Counted from the first letter of the stretch, positions 51,879-61,381 are shown. The stretch: DNA of 64,000 nucleotides from an uncultured Gammaproteobacteria bacterium (GCA_963976795.1 CAXBLT010000004.1:107939-171938), one strand, 5' to 3'. Notes: generated by a model not told the origin, from the letters alone. A program made the numbers and translations.

Positions 51879-52502
51879 TTAAATTGTCTTAATATCTTCT
51901 AATAAAATAACTTCGCAAGAATGACTCCCTGTGTCTTCGCGGGTCAGAGAACTGGTCCATGTCCAACCATTTTTGCCATCGACATGTACGAGATAACCTA
52001 TCAATTTTACGGTATCACCAGTCTGTATAGACTTCAATTTTGCTGCAACCGCACTATTGGCGGGAATGAAATGCATGTTTGCGCTGTTTGTTTCAATGTC
52101 ACGTCTTGGTATAGGGAATTTATCTGTTCGCCAGTGATACCAGCGATTTGACTGTGTGATAGTCAGTTTGTCTAATGTAGCTGGGTTTGCCATTGGCCCC
52201 CAACCCAGTGCTAAGTCAACAGGCGAGAGTCTAGACTCGCGATCAGCTCGATAACGCTCTGCACCAAGAACGCGCGCAACAAGTTGGAAGTTGGCTAGTG
52301 GTGTTATTTGGAATTCATCAAATTGAAATGCTTGTTTAGACTTATTAATCTTTTTTTGTATAGGTGACTTATCAATAGACAAAGTAGAAGCATATTGAAT
52401 GGGAAAAGAATCTGAAATATTTGAATCAATGGGTACGGGACTAGTACCTTGCCAGTTGTAGATAACAATCGTGGTAATAATGATTAGAATTAATTTCCAC
52501 AT
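51879..52502 (-). CDS. Conserved hypothetical exported protein
   Basis: N-terminal hydrophobic segment; SP-x-DLALGWG-x-M, Q-x2-RWY-x-W, SANMH-x-IPA, W-x-SS-x-TR-x-D-x-G pattern. Confidence 0.7.
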   Translation of the reverse strand: MWKLILIIITTIVIYNWQGTSPVPIDSNISDSFPIQYASTLSIDKSPIQKKINKSKQAFQFDEFQITPLANFQLVARVLGAERYRADRESRLSPVDLALGWGPMANPATLDKLTITQSNRWYHWRTDKFPIPRRDIETNSANMHFIPANSAVAAKLKSIQTGDTVKLIGYLVHVDGKNGWTWTSSLTREDTGSHSCEVILLEDIKTI

Positions 52503-52542
52503 AATGGATGCTTCTAGAATGCGCAGTGCGAGATCAGAGTGT

Positions 52543-52671
52543 CACTTATTTAAGGTCCATCGGCAATACTATTTCTCATTGTCATCCCCCGCAAGTGGGG
52601 ATCCAGTGAAAATAATGTCTCTTGCCTAACTGAATTCCCGCTTACACGGGAAAGTCGGGCTTAAATAAGTG
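52543..52671. mobile_element. MITE-like element: 12-bp terminal inverted repeats enclosing a degenerate REP doublet
   Basis: CACTTATTTAAG (52543-52554) / CTTAAATAAGTG (52660-52671); internal GTCATCCCCCGCAAGTGGGGATCC...AATTCCCGCTTACACGGGAA. Confidence 0.55.
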
Positions 52672-52729
52672 TCGTTTGAGTCAGGCCAAACTTTTCAAAT
52701 AATATCTACCGAGTAATTATTAACGCTTT

Positions 52730-53644
52730 TTAAATCACCGACGCAAGTGCAACACCAGAACGAAGGTTAACTTGCGGTCCAACGGGCGTAAAGTGTCCTT
52801 CTGTCGGCTGATTCCATGCCAGAAAATATCCGTCCTTAAAGGCTTGCACATCCAAAGTGTCACTAAAGGCTGGTAACTCACCAAGACGCGTAAGATAGTC
52901 GGTTATGTTTGGATAGTCTCGAATAAAGTGTTTATTCAATCGATAGAGAGAATGATAGGCCGCATCGAAGCGAGATAAATGCGGATAGGCATGTATATCC
53001 GCGAGTGTCAGTTGTTCGCCTGCGATGAAAGGGCCTGTCTCTCCGAGTCGTTTGTCGAGCGCAGTCAAACTGGAAAATACTTTTTCAAAATATAAATGAT
53101 GGGTTTGTTGATCCTTAGCGAAGCCTGCACGATAGATAGGGGTGATTAATTCATCAGCTAGTTCATTTATCAAGCTATCTATTAGCGATTTTTTGTTTTC
53201 TGGATACAGTGTCTTGTGATCAAAGTGTTGCGTTGCTACCTGATCGAATTGGCGGATTATCTCTGATGATTCATTATTAACAATGGTATCAGTCTTGGTA
53301 TCAAACAAGACAGGTACCGAGGCACGTCCGATATAACCCGCTGCTGCGAGTTTATAGATATCGGGAAGCCTATTTATGCCGGCAACAGGGTTGGCTGCGC
53401 TGTCCGCGCTTACATAACGTCTGTCGAGATCCCACCCTTGTTCCGTCTGTACTGCTCCGGCTATGGTGAGACCAATATGATCGGTAAGCCCAGTTAGCGC
53501 ACGCATAATTTCGGTTCGATGGGCAAAAGGGCACACTTTTGAAGTGAATAACCAATAGCGATCTTTTTCATACGGATAACCTTCGCTTCCTAATATATTA
53601 TGGAACGAGGTCATTTCCACATGACATATTTCATTAGCGCTCAT
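52730..53644 (-). CDS. Glutathionyl-hydroquinone reductase-like GST (YqjG/Xi class)
   Basis: CPFAHR, ASVPVLFD, IVNNESSEIIR, YRAGFA, RFD-x2-Y. Confidence 0.85.
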   Translation of the reverse strand: MSANEICHVEMTSFHNILGSEGYPYEKDRYWLFTSKVCPFAHRTEIMRALTGLTDHIGLTIAGAVQTEQGWDLDRRYVSADSAANPVAGINRLPDIYKLAAAGYIGRASVPVLFDTKTDTIVNNESSEIIRQFDQVATQHFDHKTLYPENKKSLIDSLINELADELITPIYRAGFAKDQQTHHLYFEKVFSSLTALDKRLGETGPFIAGEQLTLADIHAYPHLSRFDAAYHSLYRLNKHFIRDYPNITDYLTRLGELPAFSDTLDVQAFKDGYFLAWNQPTEGHFTPVGPQVNLRSGVALASVI

Positions 53645-53723
53645 TATTCATCTCCACTATTATTGACAGATATAGTTGTAATTTACACATTTTATAGAGT
53701 TGGGCCGGGTCAGTTTGTTCAAA

Positions 53724-54137
53724 TTATTCCTCCTTGGATATTCGTGTAAATCGAATAATCTCCCTTCGGTCCCGTTTAGTGGGTCTACCTATCGTCCTTG
53801 GGAAAGATGCTGCATCGGCTTTCATTTGTTTAGATAAATCTTCTCGTGTTTTGATGCTTTCCAGATCTTCCTCAAATAATAGCGCCGCCTGGCTTGCGGA
53901 GGCTCGGTTATTGATCAGTTTTAATATCGTGATGGTATATTTGAAAGGAGTCTTACGGATTTCTACCTTGTCGCCGACCTTGATACTTTTTGCAGCCTTT
54001 ATAGCTTGATCATTAACCTTTACTTTATGTCCTTTGATCGCGGATGCTGCGAGTGCGCGCGTTTTATAAAAACGTGTGCACCAGAGCCATTTATCCAGAC
54101 GCATCGATTCTAGCGGCTCGCCCCGTCTAGCCACCAC
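53724..54137 (-). CDS. hslR: Ribosome-associated heat shock protein Hsp15
   Basis: RLDKWLW-x2-RFYKTR-x-LA S4 domain, GRPTKRDRR. Confidence 0.93.
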   Translation of the reverse strand: MVARRGEPLESMRLDKWLWCTRFYKTRALAASAIKGHKVKVNDQAIKAAKSIKVGDKVEIRKTPFKYTITILKLINNRASASQAALLFEEDLESIKTREDLSKQMKADAASFPRTIGRPTKRDRREIIRFTRISKEE

Positions 54138-54202
54138 ATTTCACCTGTGTTTTTGCTGCCGCCTGCATTATTATTATCTGAAATTAATTTAGAAGTAATA
54201 TT

Positions 54203-54733
54203 ATGACTGAAAAGAAAACTGAAAGAGAGTTTATTCCACTGAATATAGCGGTGTTGACTGTTTCTGATTCACGTACGGAAGAAACGGATAAGTCAGGGCA
54301 GCGCTTAGTCAACCTACTTGAACAACAAGGTCACATCCTTTATGAAAAGAAGATCGTGCCAGATGATAAATATGCGATTCGTGCTGCAGTATCGCAATGG
54401 ATTGTCGATGAAGATATACAGGTGGTGTTGACGACGGGTGGCACCGGTGTGACCGGTCGTGATGGCACGCCGGAAGCGCTCAATGTCCTTTTTGATAAAA
54501 CAATTGATGGTTTTGGTGAGACCTTTCGTGCAATTTCATTTCAGCAGATCAAGACTTCGACAATACAATCGCGCGCGATTGCCGGCGTTGCTAATGGAAC
54601 GTATATATTCTGCATGCCCGGTTCAATGGGCGCTTGTGTTACTGCATGGGATGAGTTGATTCGTTTACAGCTTGATTATAGAACTCGACCCTGTAATCTG
54701 GTTGAATTGATGCCGAGGTTGAGAGAAAAATAA
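54203..54733 (+). CDS. moaB: Molybdenum cofactor biosynthesis protein B
   Basis: IAVLTVSDSR, TTGGTG-x3-RDGTPEA, IQSRA, PCNLVE. Confidence 0.92.
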   Translation: MTEKKTEREFIPLNIAVLTVSDSRTEETDKSGQRLVNLLEQQGHILYEKKIVPDDKYAIRAAVSQWIVDEDIQVVLTTGGTGVTGRDGTPEALNVLFDKTIDGFGETFRAISFQQIKTSTIQSRAIAGVANGTYIFCMPGSMGACVTAWDELIRLQLDYRTRPCNLVELMPRLREK

Positions 54734-54751
54734 TTAAACTCATACAAAGTC

Positions 54752-55828
54752 TTATTTTTCCGAAGAGTCCAGGCTAGGTATTTCGAAGTAGACAAGAAGG
54801 GTGCGCTGAAAAATATTATCATTGTCATCACTGATCATAAAAAAGCGATTGTCTTTATGCCATGCAATGCCTTCAAAATTTTCATTAAAGTAACTAGCTG
54901 AAGGGACAAGCTCCGATAATTGTTGCGCTTGTATTGAACCAGCTTCAAGTGTAATCAAATGAATAACACTAGCTAGGCCAGAAAAGATACTGGAATAAAT
55001 ACGTTCTAATGCAACAAGGCGATTATCAGGCAAGGTAGTTAATCCGACTAAAGAGCCATAATTTTCACTATTAGGTTTAAAGTTCCAGATATTCTCATTA
55101 ATTGTATGTAATGACAGCATGTTGTTATTCGTATTTTTTAAAGGACGTTCGGGGCCTGTAATTATGTTGAATATTGGATGAAGTGTAATTGCTTCTAATG
55201 ATTTATTGGCTCCTGCGTAGTTGTCTATATCATCCAGCATATTAGCGAGTATATATTGCGAAATATAATTTCCTTCAGAGGTGAACTTAATAATTCTTGG
55301 CTTGCGCTCAAAACTGATAACTAATTCTGTATCTCCTGCAATACCATTTTTTGCATTGTTCAATGCCAGACCTTCACTATCAGAAAATTTATATTTTAGC
55401 TGCTTTCCATTTTTATCTTTTAAGAAATGATAAGAATTGAGAACAAGGTTTACTAATCGGTTATTTTCAAAAGAGGGTGTTGTGTGAATGATGAAGCCAC
55501 GATCAGATAGAATCGTTAACTGTTTTTGATCGTGATCCCATGCCAATCCGGAAAATTCCATGAGGGGGAAGTCCGGGCCTGCATTTTGTTTGAGTTGAAC
55601 CAGCCCTAAAACTTTGAAATTGTTTTGCAGAAGTTGCTGTAATTGAGCTTGCGGTAAATTAATTGGGTCAGCAATATCTCGAGCTGCTAAGACGTGGCTT
55701 AGATATGTGCAGCAGAGAAACAGTAAAAACATCCTGGCCCATAAGGCAGAGACTGTTTGGTAATGAGTAAACCGGCTGCAATTGCCGTTTTCCTTTCCAT
55801 TTTTATCAAACAGATTATTAAATAACAT
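54752..55828 (-). CDS. Esterase-like activity of phytase family (beta-propeller) exported protein
   Basis: SGLAWD, LSDRG, DSEGL, ISFER, N-x2-LEA, NFEGI, ISDDN; start uncertain. Confidence 0.75.
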   Translation of the reverse strand: MLFNNLFDKNGKENGNCSRFTHYQTVSALWARMFLLFLCCTYLSHVLAARDIADPINLPQAQLQQLLQNNFKVLGLVQLKQNAGPDFPLMEFSGLAWDHDQKQLTILSDRGFIIHTTPSFENNRLVNLVLNSYHFLKDKNGKQLKYKFSDSEGLALNNAKNGIAGDTELVISFERKPRIIKFTSEGNYISQYILANMLDDIDNYAGANKSLEAITLHPIFNIITGPERPLKNTNNNMLSLHTINENIWNFKPNSENYGSLVGLTTLPDNRLVALERIYSSIFSGLASVIHLITLEAGSIQAQQLSELVPSASYFNENFEGIAWHKDNRFFMISDDNDNIFQRTLLVYFEIPSLDSSEK

Positions 55829-56013
55829 TATATAATGCTGTGAACCTTTAAAGTGTTAATAATCAAATTAATGAGAAACATTAGTTTTTCTAAATTATAA
55901 GAAGATGAATACGATGACGAGTACATTTTTTACACTAATATTATTGCCAAATTTGTTGCGTATTGGTAAATCTAAACGTGTTGTTATGAGCTGAGAAGAC
56001 TATTATTACCGTT

Positions 56014-57075
56014 ATGATGTTTTTTAGAAAGAATAGAGAGATGAAGAGAACTGATAAGGTTGTGATTTTACTTGGACTGTTAATCTGTTCCTTACCTAAT
56101 GCTCATGCTACGAGATATGTCCTGAGTGATTCAGGTGATACGCTGGTAGGCGAAATCATAAAAGTCAAAGCAGACCAAAGTGAAACATTATTAGATATTG
56201 CTCGTCGTAACGGTTTTGGTTATCAGGACATGAAACTGGTTAATCCAGATGTTGATACGTGGTTGCCGGTTCATGGAGAAGAGGTCACCCTGCCAGCACA
56301 ATTTATTTTGCCGGTTGCACCAATGAGAGGCATTGTCTTAAATATCCCTGAAATGCGCTTGTATTACTATCCTCCTAAAATGAAGGGTAAACCACAAGAA
56401 GTAATCACATATCCGTTAGGCATAGGCAGGGAAGGTTGGAGCACGCCTTACATGAAAACAAAAATTATAGAGAAAAAAACCAACCCAAACTGGTATCCCC
56501 CTGAATCTATCAGGAAAGAACATGAAGCAGCAGGCGATCCACTCCCTAAAATTGTTAAGGCCGGCCCCGATAATCCATTAGGTGCTTTTGCTATGCGCTT
56601 GGGCAAGCCTGATTATCTTATCCATGGCACGAATAAACCTTATGGCATTGGAATGAGAGTCAGCCATGGCTGTATTCGTTTATACCCGGAAGATATCGAA
56701 GCCTTATTTTCAGAAGTCTCCCTTCGGACTCCGGTCAATATAATTAATCAACCCTATAAGGTTGGTGTAAAAGACAACATAATTTACCTTGAAGCACACC
56801 CTTTTCTGGATGAAGACATAGAAAAATACGAAAATAACCTGACTAGTGTTGTCGCATTAATTATTGATATGTTAAATGATGAAGATTATGAGCTTGATTG
56901 GTCTGCTGCATATGACGCGATAAACAGCCCTAGTGGTCTGCCCATTGCAATAGGAAGACTATTACCGAAGGTGATGCAGGCAAAAGTTGGAGAAAGATTG
57001 AGCAAAGTACTGACTCAGGCAGAAAAGTTTAATTTACAATTGCAGTTAGATTCTCAGATCATTATTTCTGATTAA
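56014..57075 (+). CDS. L,D-transpeptidase (ErfK/YbiS/YcfS family) with LysM-like N-terminus
   Basis: NP-x-VD-x-WLP, NIPEMRLYY, YP-x-GIGR-x-G, GPDNPLG, IHGTN...SHGCIRL; start probably 56041. Confidence 0.92.
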   Translation: MMFFRKNREMKRTDKVVILLGLLICSLPNAHATRYVLSDSGDTLVGEIIKVKADQSETLLDIARRNGFGYQDMKLVNPDVDTWLPVHGEEVTLPAQFILPVAPMRGIVLNIPEMRLYYYPPKMKGKPQEVITYPLGIGREGWSTPYMKTKIIEKKTNPNWYPPESIRKEHEAAGDPLPKIVKAGPDNPLGAFAMRLGKPDYLIHGTNKPYGIGMRVSHGCIRLYPEDIEALFSEVSLRTPVNIINQPYKVGVKDNIIYLEAHPFLDEDIEKYENNLTSVVALIIDMLNDEDYELDWSAAYDAINSPSGLPIAIGRLLPKVMQAKVGERLSKVLTQAEKFNLQLQLDSQIIISD

Positions 57076-57187
57076 TTAAGAACGTCGTTTTTATGCGACG
57101 AAATATTGTTCGGTTCGAATTTTGTCATTTAAGAACGTCACTACTGCGCATTTATGCGTTCACAGCAGACAAGTAGATCCTATATAT

Positions 57188-57222
57188 AAAAAAAGCCCTG
57201 ATTGAATCCAATCAGGGCTTTT
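57188..57222 (-). terminator. Rho-independent terminator (probably bidirectional)
   Basis: AAAAAAAGCCCTGATTG-AATC-CAATCAGGGCTTTT between convergent genes. Confidence 0.88.
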
Positions 57223-57247
57223 AAGTATAAATTAAAGGTTTAATTTA

Positions 57248-57541
57248 TTATTTCATCATCGCTTTTTCAAACATACGATCAATCTTTGCTGAATTTGCAT
57301 TACAACATTCTAATGCCGAATCAGCCGTAGCCTGTGCCTTTGAAGCAGCAAGTGCAGCTTCCGATGCTATACCATGGCCTTTTGAAGCCAAATTATAAGC
57401 TTCCGTTGCCTTTGACATTGCCGCCGAAGCTGCAGTGTTAGCCGCATCTATATCAGCTTGCATTTGTTTCATGTTGCCACAACCACCAAGCATTGCGAGT
57501 GAAAGCGCAAGTACGCCAACTTTGATTATTTTTGTTTGCAT
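57248..57541 (-). CDS. Lpp/OprI-like alanine-zipper lipoprotein
   Basis: Lipobox LGGC, Ala-rich coiled coil, KIDRMFEK..K C-terminus with terminal Lys; ATG at 57541 with GGAG RBS. Confidence 0.85.
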   Translation of the reverse strand: MQTKIIKVGVLALSLAMLGGCGNMKQMQADIDAANTAASAAMSKATEAYNLASKGHGIASEAALAASKAQATADSALECCNANSAKIDRMFEKAMMK

Positions 57542-57699
57542 TGTTCGTCTCCAGTTAAACAATTGCTGAGGTCATCCCCAGATAAATAGATTTCGTCATA
57601 TGATAATGAACCATTTCAGAGTGTTAATCAATTTCTAAAAGCAAAAAAATGAGACCAATTTTACTTAATTAATGTCAGTTTATTAAAGCAAGAAAAGTT

Positions 57700-58068
57700 T
57701 TAGCGACCAGCACCTGATCCTGAAGTCTTCATCCGTTTGTCATAGTGGTCAAAGGTAAAGCTGATTAAAGCATTTTCCAGACCTGACATCGGGTTTTCTT
57801 CGCAATATTCGGTAAGCCAGCCGATGACTTCATCTTCTTTCATTCTTCCTGTAATACTATAAGTTTTTTCTGTAAATACATTGTACGCTGTTAAAAAACC
57901 TTTTATGTAATGTTTATATTTATCGTTTCCATCTTTTGTCATCGCCTTATTAAAACCGAAACAGGATTTTTTGCCGACCCCCCATACTGCATAATTCCCA
58001 CTGCTATCAACAGCCAATGTAATAGAGGGCATCAATAAGAGACTGATTAAAATTGTTATAGATTTCAT
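57700..58068 (-). CDS. Hypothetical exported protein
   Basis: Signal peptide; G-x-G-x2-SC, GFLTAYN, YC-x2-NP Cys pair (HdeA-like pattern); ATG at 58068 preferred. Confidence 0.6.
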   Translation of the reverse strand: MKSITILISLLLMPSITLAVDSSGNYAVWGVGKKSCFGFNKAMTKDGNDKYKHYIKGFLTAYNVFTEKTYSITGRMKEDEVIGWLTEYCEENPMSGLENALISFTFDHYDKRMKTSGSGAGR

Positions 58069-58120
58069 GAGTATTTCCTCATTAATTGTTATCATTCATC
58101 ATATACATTTCTGTGTCCGC

Positions 58121-59299
58121 TCATCTAATGATTCCTTTGAAACCAGCCAGTAAGCGTTTAATCCCTGTCTCAGATGCCCCCTTGTCCAGGGCCCCGTAGG
58201 CGATACGACAATAACAGCCGTCATTCATCCCGAAGGCTTCACCTGGGATTACTGCTACTTTGTATTCTTTGATTAGTCTCTCAACCACTTGCATGCCTGT
58301 CAGTGTCGTATTGAGTTTAACCAGAGAATAAAAAGCACCTTTGGAATCAGGTGTTGAACAGAGATTATTTATATCTTGCAACGCTGAAAATAAGATACTT
58401 CGAGTACGATCAATTTGTTTTAAATGTGACTGAGTATATGAACGTCCTAATTGCATGGCCGTAATCGCTGCATCTTGCGCAATACGGGTTGGGCAAATAA
58501 GGTATGTATCTTGTGCTTTTTTTACAGACAGCAACAGGTGTTCCGGACATATCATATAGCCAATGCGCCAACTTGCAAAACCAAAGGCCTTAGATAAGGA
58601 ATAAAGTGAAATAGTGTACTGTTCTGAATTAGGGATACTTGCAACTGAAAAATGTTGAACATCGTCATAGGTAAAGTATTCATAGGCTTCGTCAGAGATA
58701 TGATAGATGCCGTTATCCTGGCATAGTTTATTTATCTCACGTAATGTCGACTCTGAATAAACCACACCAGTAGGATTATTAGGGGACACGGTAACAATCG
58801 CTTTTGTTTTTGGTGTTATAGCGGCAGCTATAGCTTCTAGAGAAGGCTGGAAGTCGGTCTTTGTTTCGACGGTAACGGGTGAACAAGACAGCATTTTGAT
58901 AGCCATTTCATGATTGAAATAATAAGGGCGCAATAAGATTACTTCATCCCCGGGATCAGTAATCGCCATTAAGGCGTTCATGAAAGCCATATTTGCGCCC
59001 GCAGTAACAACTAAACTCTGAGAGTTATTGAGATGTATATCATTATCTTGTTTAAGTTTTCTTGAGATACAAGAACGTAATTCCGGTGTGCCTTCGACCT
59101 CAGAATACCAGTTAAAATCAACTGAATATTTTTGAGAAGTCACTCTATCGAAAACGCTTTGTGGCGGTGAGTAATAAACAACGCCTTGACCCAGAGAAAT
59201 CGTCCCAGGAGTTTTTTTAATTAAATTAGAAACAACGGGGATAACGGGTGATTGTATTTCCAGCATTCGATTACTGGCGGTAAATAGTTTACTTGGCAT
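58121..59299 (-). CDS. PLP-dependent class I/II aminotransferase
   Basis: SLGQG, SPNNPTG, SDEAY, SLSKAFGFASWRIGY. Confidence 0.9.
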   Translation of the reverse strand: MPSKLFTASNRMLEIQSPVIPVVSNLIKKTPGTISLGQGVVYYSPPQSVFDRVTSQKYSVDFNWYSEVEGTPELRSCISRKLKQDNDIHLNNSQSLVVTAGANMAFMNALMAITDPGDEVILLRPYYFNHEMAIKMLSCSPVTVETKTDFQPSLEAIAAAITPKTKAIVTVSPNNPTGVVYSESTLREINKLCQDNGIYHISDEAYEYFTYDDVQHFSVASIPNSEQYTISLYSLSKAFGFASWRIGYMICPEHLLLSVKKAQDTYLICPTRIAQDAAITAMQLGRSYTQSHLKQIDRTRSILFSALQDINNLCSTPDSKGAFYSLVKLNTTLTGMQVVERLIKEYKVAVIPGEAFGMNDGCYCRIAYGALDKGASETGIKRLLAGFKGIIR

Positions 59300-59366
59300 T
59301 GAGTCTAAGAACTAAAATCGAAAGATTATCAGAGTTCAAGCATCTTATTCGCAGATGAAAAATTAA

Positions 59367-59936
59367 TTATGGTGAAAAAAGCATTTTTCGGCCTGAAAAC
59401 TGACTTTTTAGAAACTCCATCTGATCCGCAAGAATTTTTCTATTTGATAAGGCAAGATATTCAGCCCAGTTCGGTACATAAGGTATCGCAAGTAAAGGCA
59501 TGTTAGCGCGTTCAGGCGTTCGATTCCCTTTGCGGGTATTACAATGGCGACATGCTGTCACAACATTTGACCAACGATCCCTGCCGCCCTTGGATATTGG
59601 AATAATGTGATCGCGTGTTAATGCCGCATCATTAAATTTGTGTCCACAGTACATGCATAAAGAGGCATCCCGCAAGAACAATTCACGGTTGGTTAACGGG
59701 GGAATAATACGCTTATTGTGTTTGGCTGGGTTGGAACGTTTGACGGCTATTATTGAATTGATCTCAACGGTTGAACGCTGGCCAGTTAATCGACTAGTCC
59801 CACCATGAAACGTAAACACGCTATCACCAGCAGTCCAGGCAATCATTTCTCTGCTATAAAGATTGACCGCATCTTGCCAAGGGATCCACCTGACGGGAGA
59901 ACCTGCTATATCAAGTCTTAATATTAATGGTGTCAT
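59367..59936 (-). CDS. HNH endonuclease family protein
   Basis: LF-x-RD-x3-CMYCG, TRDHIIP-x-S-x-GG, W-x-NVV-x-AC-x2-CN-x2-KG. Confidence 0.88.
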   Translation of the reverse strand: MTPLILRLDIAGSPVRWIPWQDAVNLYSREMIAWTAGDSVFTFHGGTSRLTGQRSTVEINSIIAVKRSNPAKHNKRIIPPLTNRELFLRDASLCMYCGHKFNDAALTRDHIIPISKGGRDRWSNVVTACRHCNTRKGNRTPERANMPLLAIPYVPNWAEYLALSNRKILADQMEFLKSQFSGRKMLFSP

Positions 59937-60007
59937 ATCGCTTTTGTTATTGGGTAGACTTTTGTAAAGTCATTCACCATAACATCCTTTCGGGATGAAA
60001 CTATAGT

Positions 60008-60865
60008 GTGATTGTTTTATGCGAAACATTAACCAAGGTCAAGCCTTTAAATAAAAATCTAATGAAAGAACTGGAAAGATTACTCGACATTATGAAGTTA
60101 CTCCGAGATCCAGACAATGGGTGTCCGTGGGATAAAGAGCAAACGATTGATTCGATAAAGGCATTTACTCTTGAAGAAGCATATGAGGTGGTGGATGCCA
60201 TTGAGCGTAATGATATCGAAGGGTTACGGGATGAACTGGGGGATCTATTGTTTCATATTGTTTTTTATTCTGAAATGGCCGATGAGAGTAAACATTTTAA
60301 TTTTCATGATGTGGTAAAGCAAGTGAATCAAAAACTTGAACGCAGACACCCGCATGTATTTTCAGACTTCAAGCTGGATAGTGTTGAAGAAGTTAAAACG
60401 CTTTGGGAACAAATAAAACAGCAAGAGCGTGATGCCGCCGCCAATGGTGCGGATAAGGAGCCAAACCATCTGCTCGATGATATTGGCAAACATATGCCGG
60501 CTATTAAAAGAGCTGAGAAATTACAAAAACGGACAGCGACTGTTGGTTTTGACTGGACTGATAGTCAAGATATCTTAAATAAGATAGATGAAGAATTAAG
60601 CGAGCTTCGACAAGCACTCCAAGAGCCGGATAAAATCGACAATATTTCTGAGGAATTGGGTGACTTGATGTTTTGCTGCGTTAATCTTGGCCGTCATTAT
60701 AAAATTGATTCCGAGGTTTCACTTCGAGATACGAATGAAAAATTTGTCAGTCGTTTTAATTACATAGAAGCAACCTTAAAAAAACAGAATAAATCGCTTG
60801 CTAATGCGACTTTGGAAGAAATGGATGCGCTTTGGGATGAAGCGAAGGCACTTGCTAGAAAGTAA
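60008..60865 (+). CDS. mazG: Nucleoside triphosphate pyrophosphohydrolase (two-domain)
   Basis: LRDP-x2-GCPWD, EEAYEV, ELGDLL, RRHPHVF, GFDW, second EELGDL; start probably 60062. Confidence 0.94.
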   Translation: MIVLCETLTKVKPLNKNLMKELERLLDIMKLLRDPDNGCPWDKEQTIDSIKAFTLEEAYEVVDAIERNDIEGLRDELGDLLFHIVFYSEMADESKHFNFHDVVKQVNQKLERRHPHVFSDFKLDSVEEVKTLWEQIKQQERDAAANGADKEPNHLLDDIGKHMPAIKRAEKLQKRTATVGFDWTDSQDILNKIDEELSELRQALQEPDKIDNISEELGDLMFCCVNLGRHYKIDSEVSLRDTNEKFVSRFNYIEATLKKQNKSLANATLEEMDALWDEAKALARK

Positions 60866-60868
60866 GTG

Positions 60869-61162
60869 TTATTTAATGCGATCTCGATCCAGATCTATGA
60901 TTTTACCGTTTGAATCAAACTTTATCTCAGTAATCCATTTATCAGAACTCTGAGGTGCAGGTATGAAGAACCAGCTTTTTCGTAATATATTGTGATGATA
61001 ATCAGTCTTTAGTGTTTCGTGATCTGGTGAGCCTAGCCTGTAGAGCACCTCTGCTTCTGACATCCCTTTTCTAAGCTTGATGTAATCTCGCATATCAATC
61101 GCATCAGCAGAGGCCAAAGTCCCATAAAGTAGAATTAAAGTGAGGAGGAGGAGTTTCTTCAT
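60869..61162 (-). CDS. Small exported SmpA/OmlA-like fold protein
   Basis: Signal peptide; L-x2-GMS-x2-EV-x3-LG-x-PD motif. Confidence 0.6.
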   Translation of the reverse strand: MKKLLLLTLILLYGTLASADAIDMRDYIKLRKGMSEAEVLYRLGSPDHETLKTDYHHNILRKSWFFIPAPQSSDKWITEIKFDSNGKIIDLDRDRIK

Positions 61163-61237
61163 GGTGTATTTATATTTATAAATTGCCTTTACGCCTAATA
61201 GAGTGACATTTTCCCGAGTGGTTCATTATTTCGGGAT

Positions 61238-61297
61238 AAAAAAAGGGTGCGGTTTTGAGCGCACCCAATAGTCTAAAGGGGAGGAGATAGTCTACTA
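61238..61297 (-). ncRNA. Candidate ~60-nt sigma54-dependent sRNA with anti-Shine-Dalgarno CUCCUCCCC motif
   Basis: Minus strand TAGTAGACTATCTCCTCCCCTTTAGACTATT-GGGTGCG-CTCAAAAC-CGCACCC-TTTTTTT; no ORF; sigma54 box at the expected distance. Confidence 0.7.
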
Positions 61298-61307
61298 TCT
61301 ATCCTAA

Positions 61308-61323
61308 AGCATTTGTCATGCCA
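61308..61323 (-). promoter_or_regulatory. Sigma54 (-24/-12) promoter of the candidate sRNA
   Basis: TGGCATGACAAATGCT with GG-N10-GC spacing; IHF-like box at 61344-61359. Confidence 0.65.
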
Positions 61324-61381
61324 TTTACGACATACTTTCATACAAAACAATGATTTATGAATATTATTGGCGTTTATCCCT

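Noticed and set aside
57076-57139. Direct repeat TTAAGAACGTC twice with a small hairpin
   Set aside because: Only two 11-bp copies; no array or element ends
59367-60865. HNH nuclease next to MazG as a possible defence system
   Set aside because: Divergent orientation; MazG is the standard two-domain housekeeping type and the HNH looks like a common stand-alone chromosomal family
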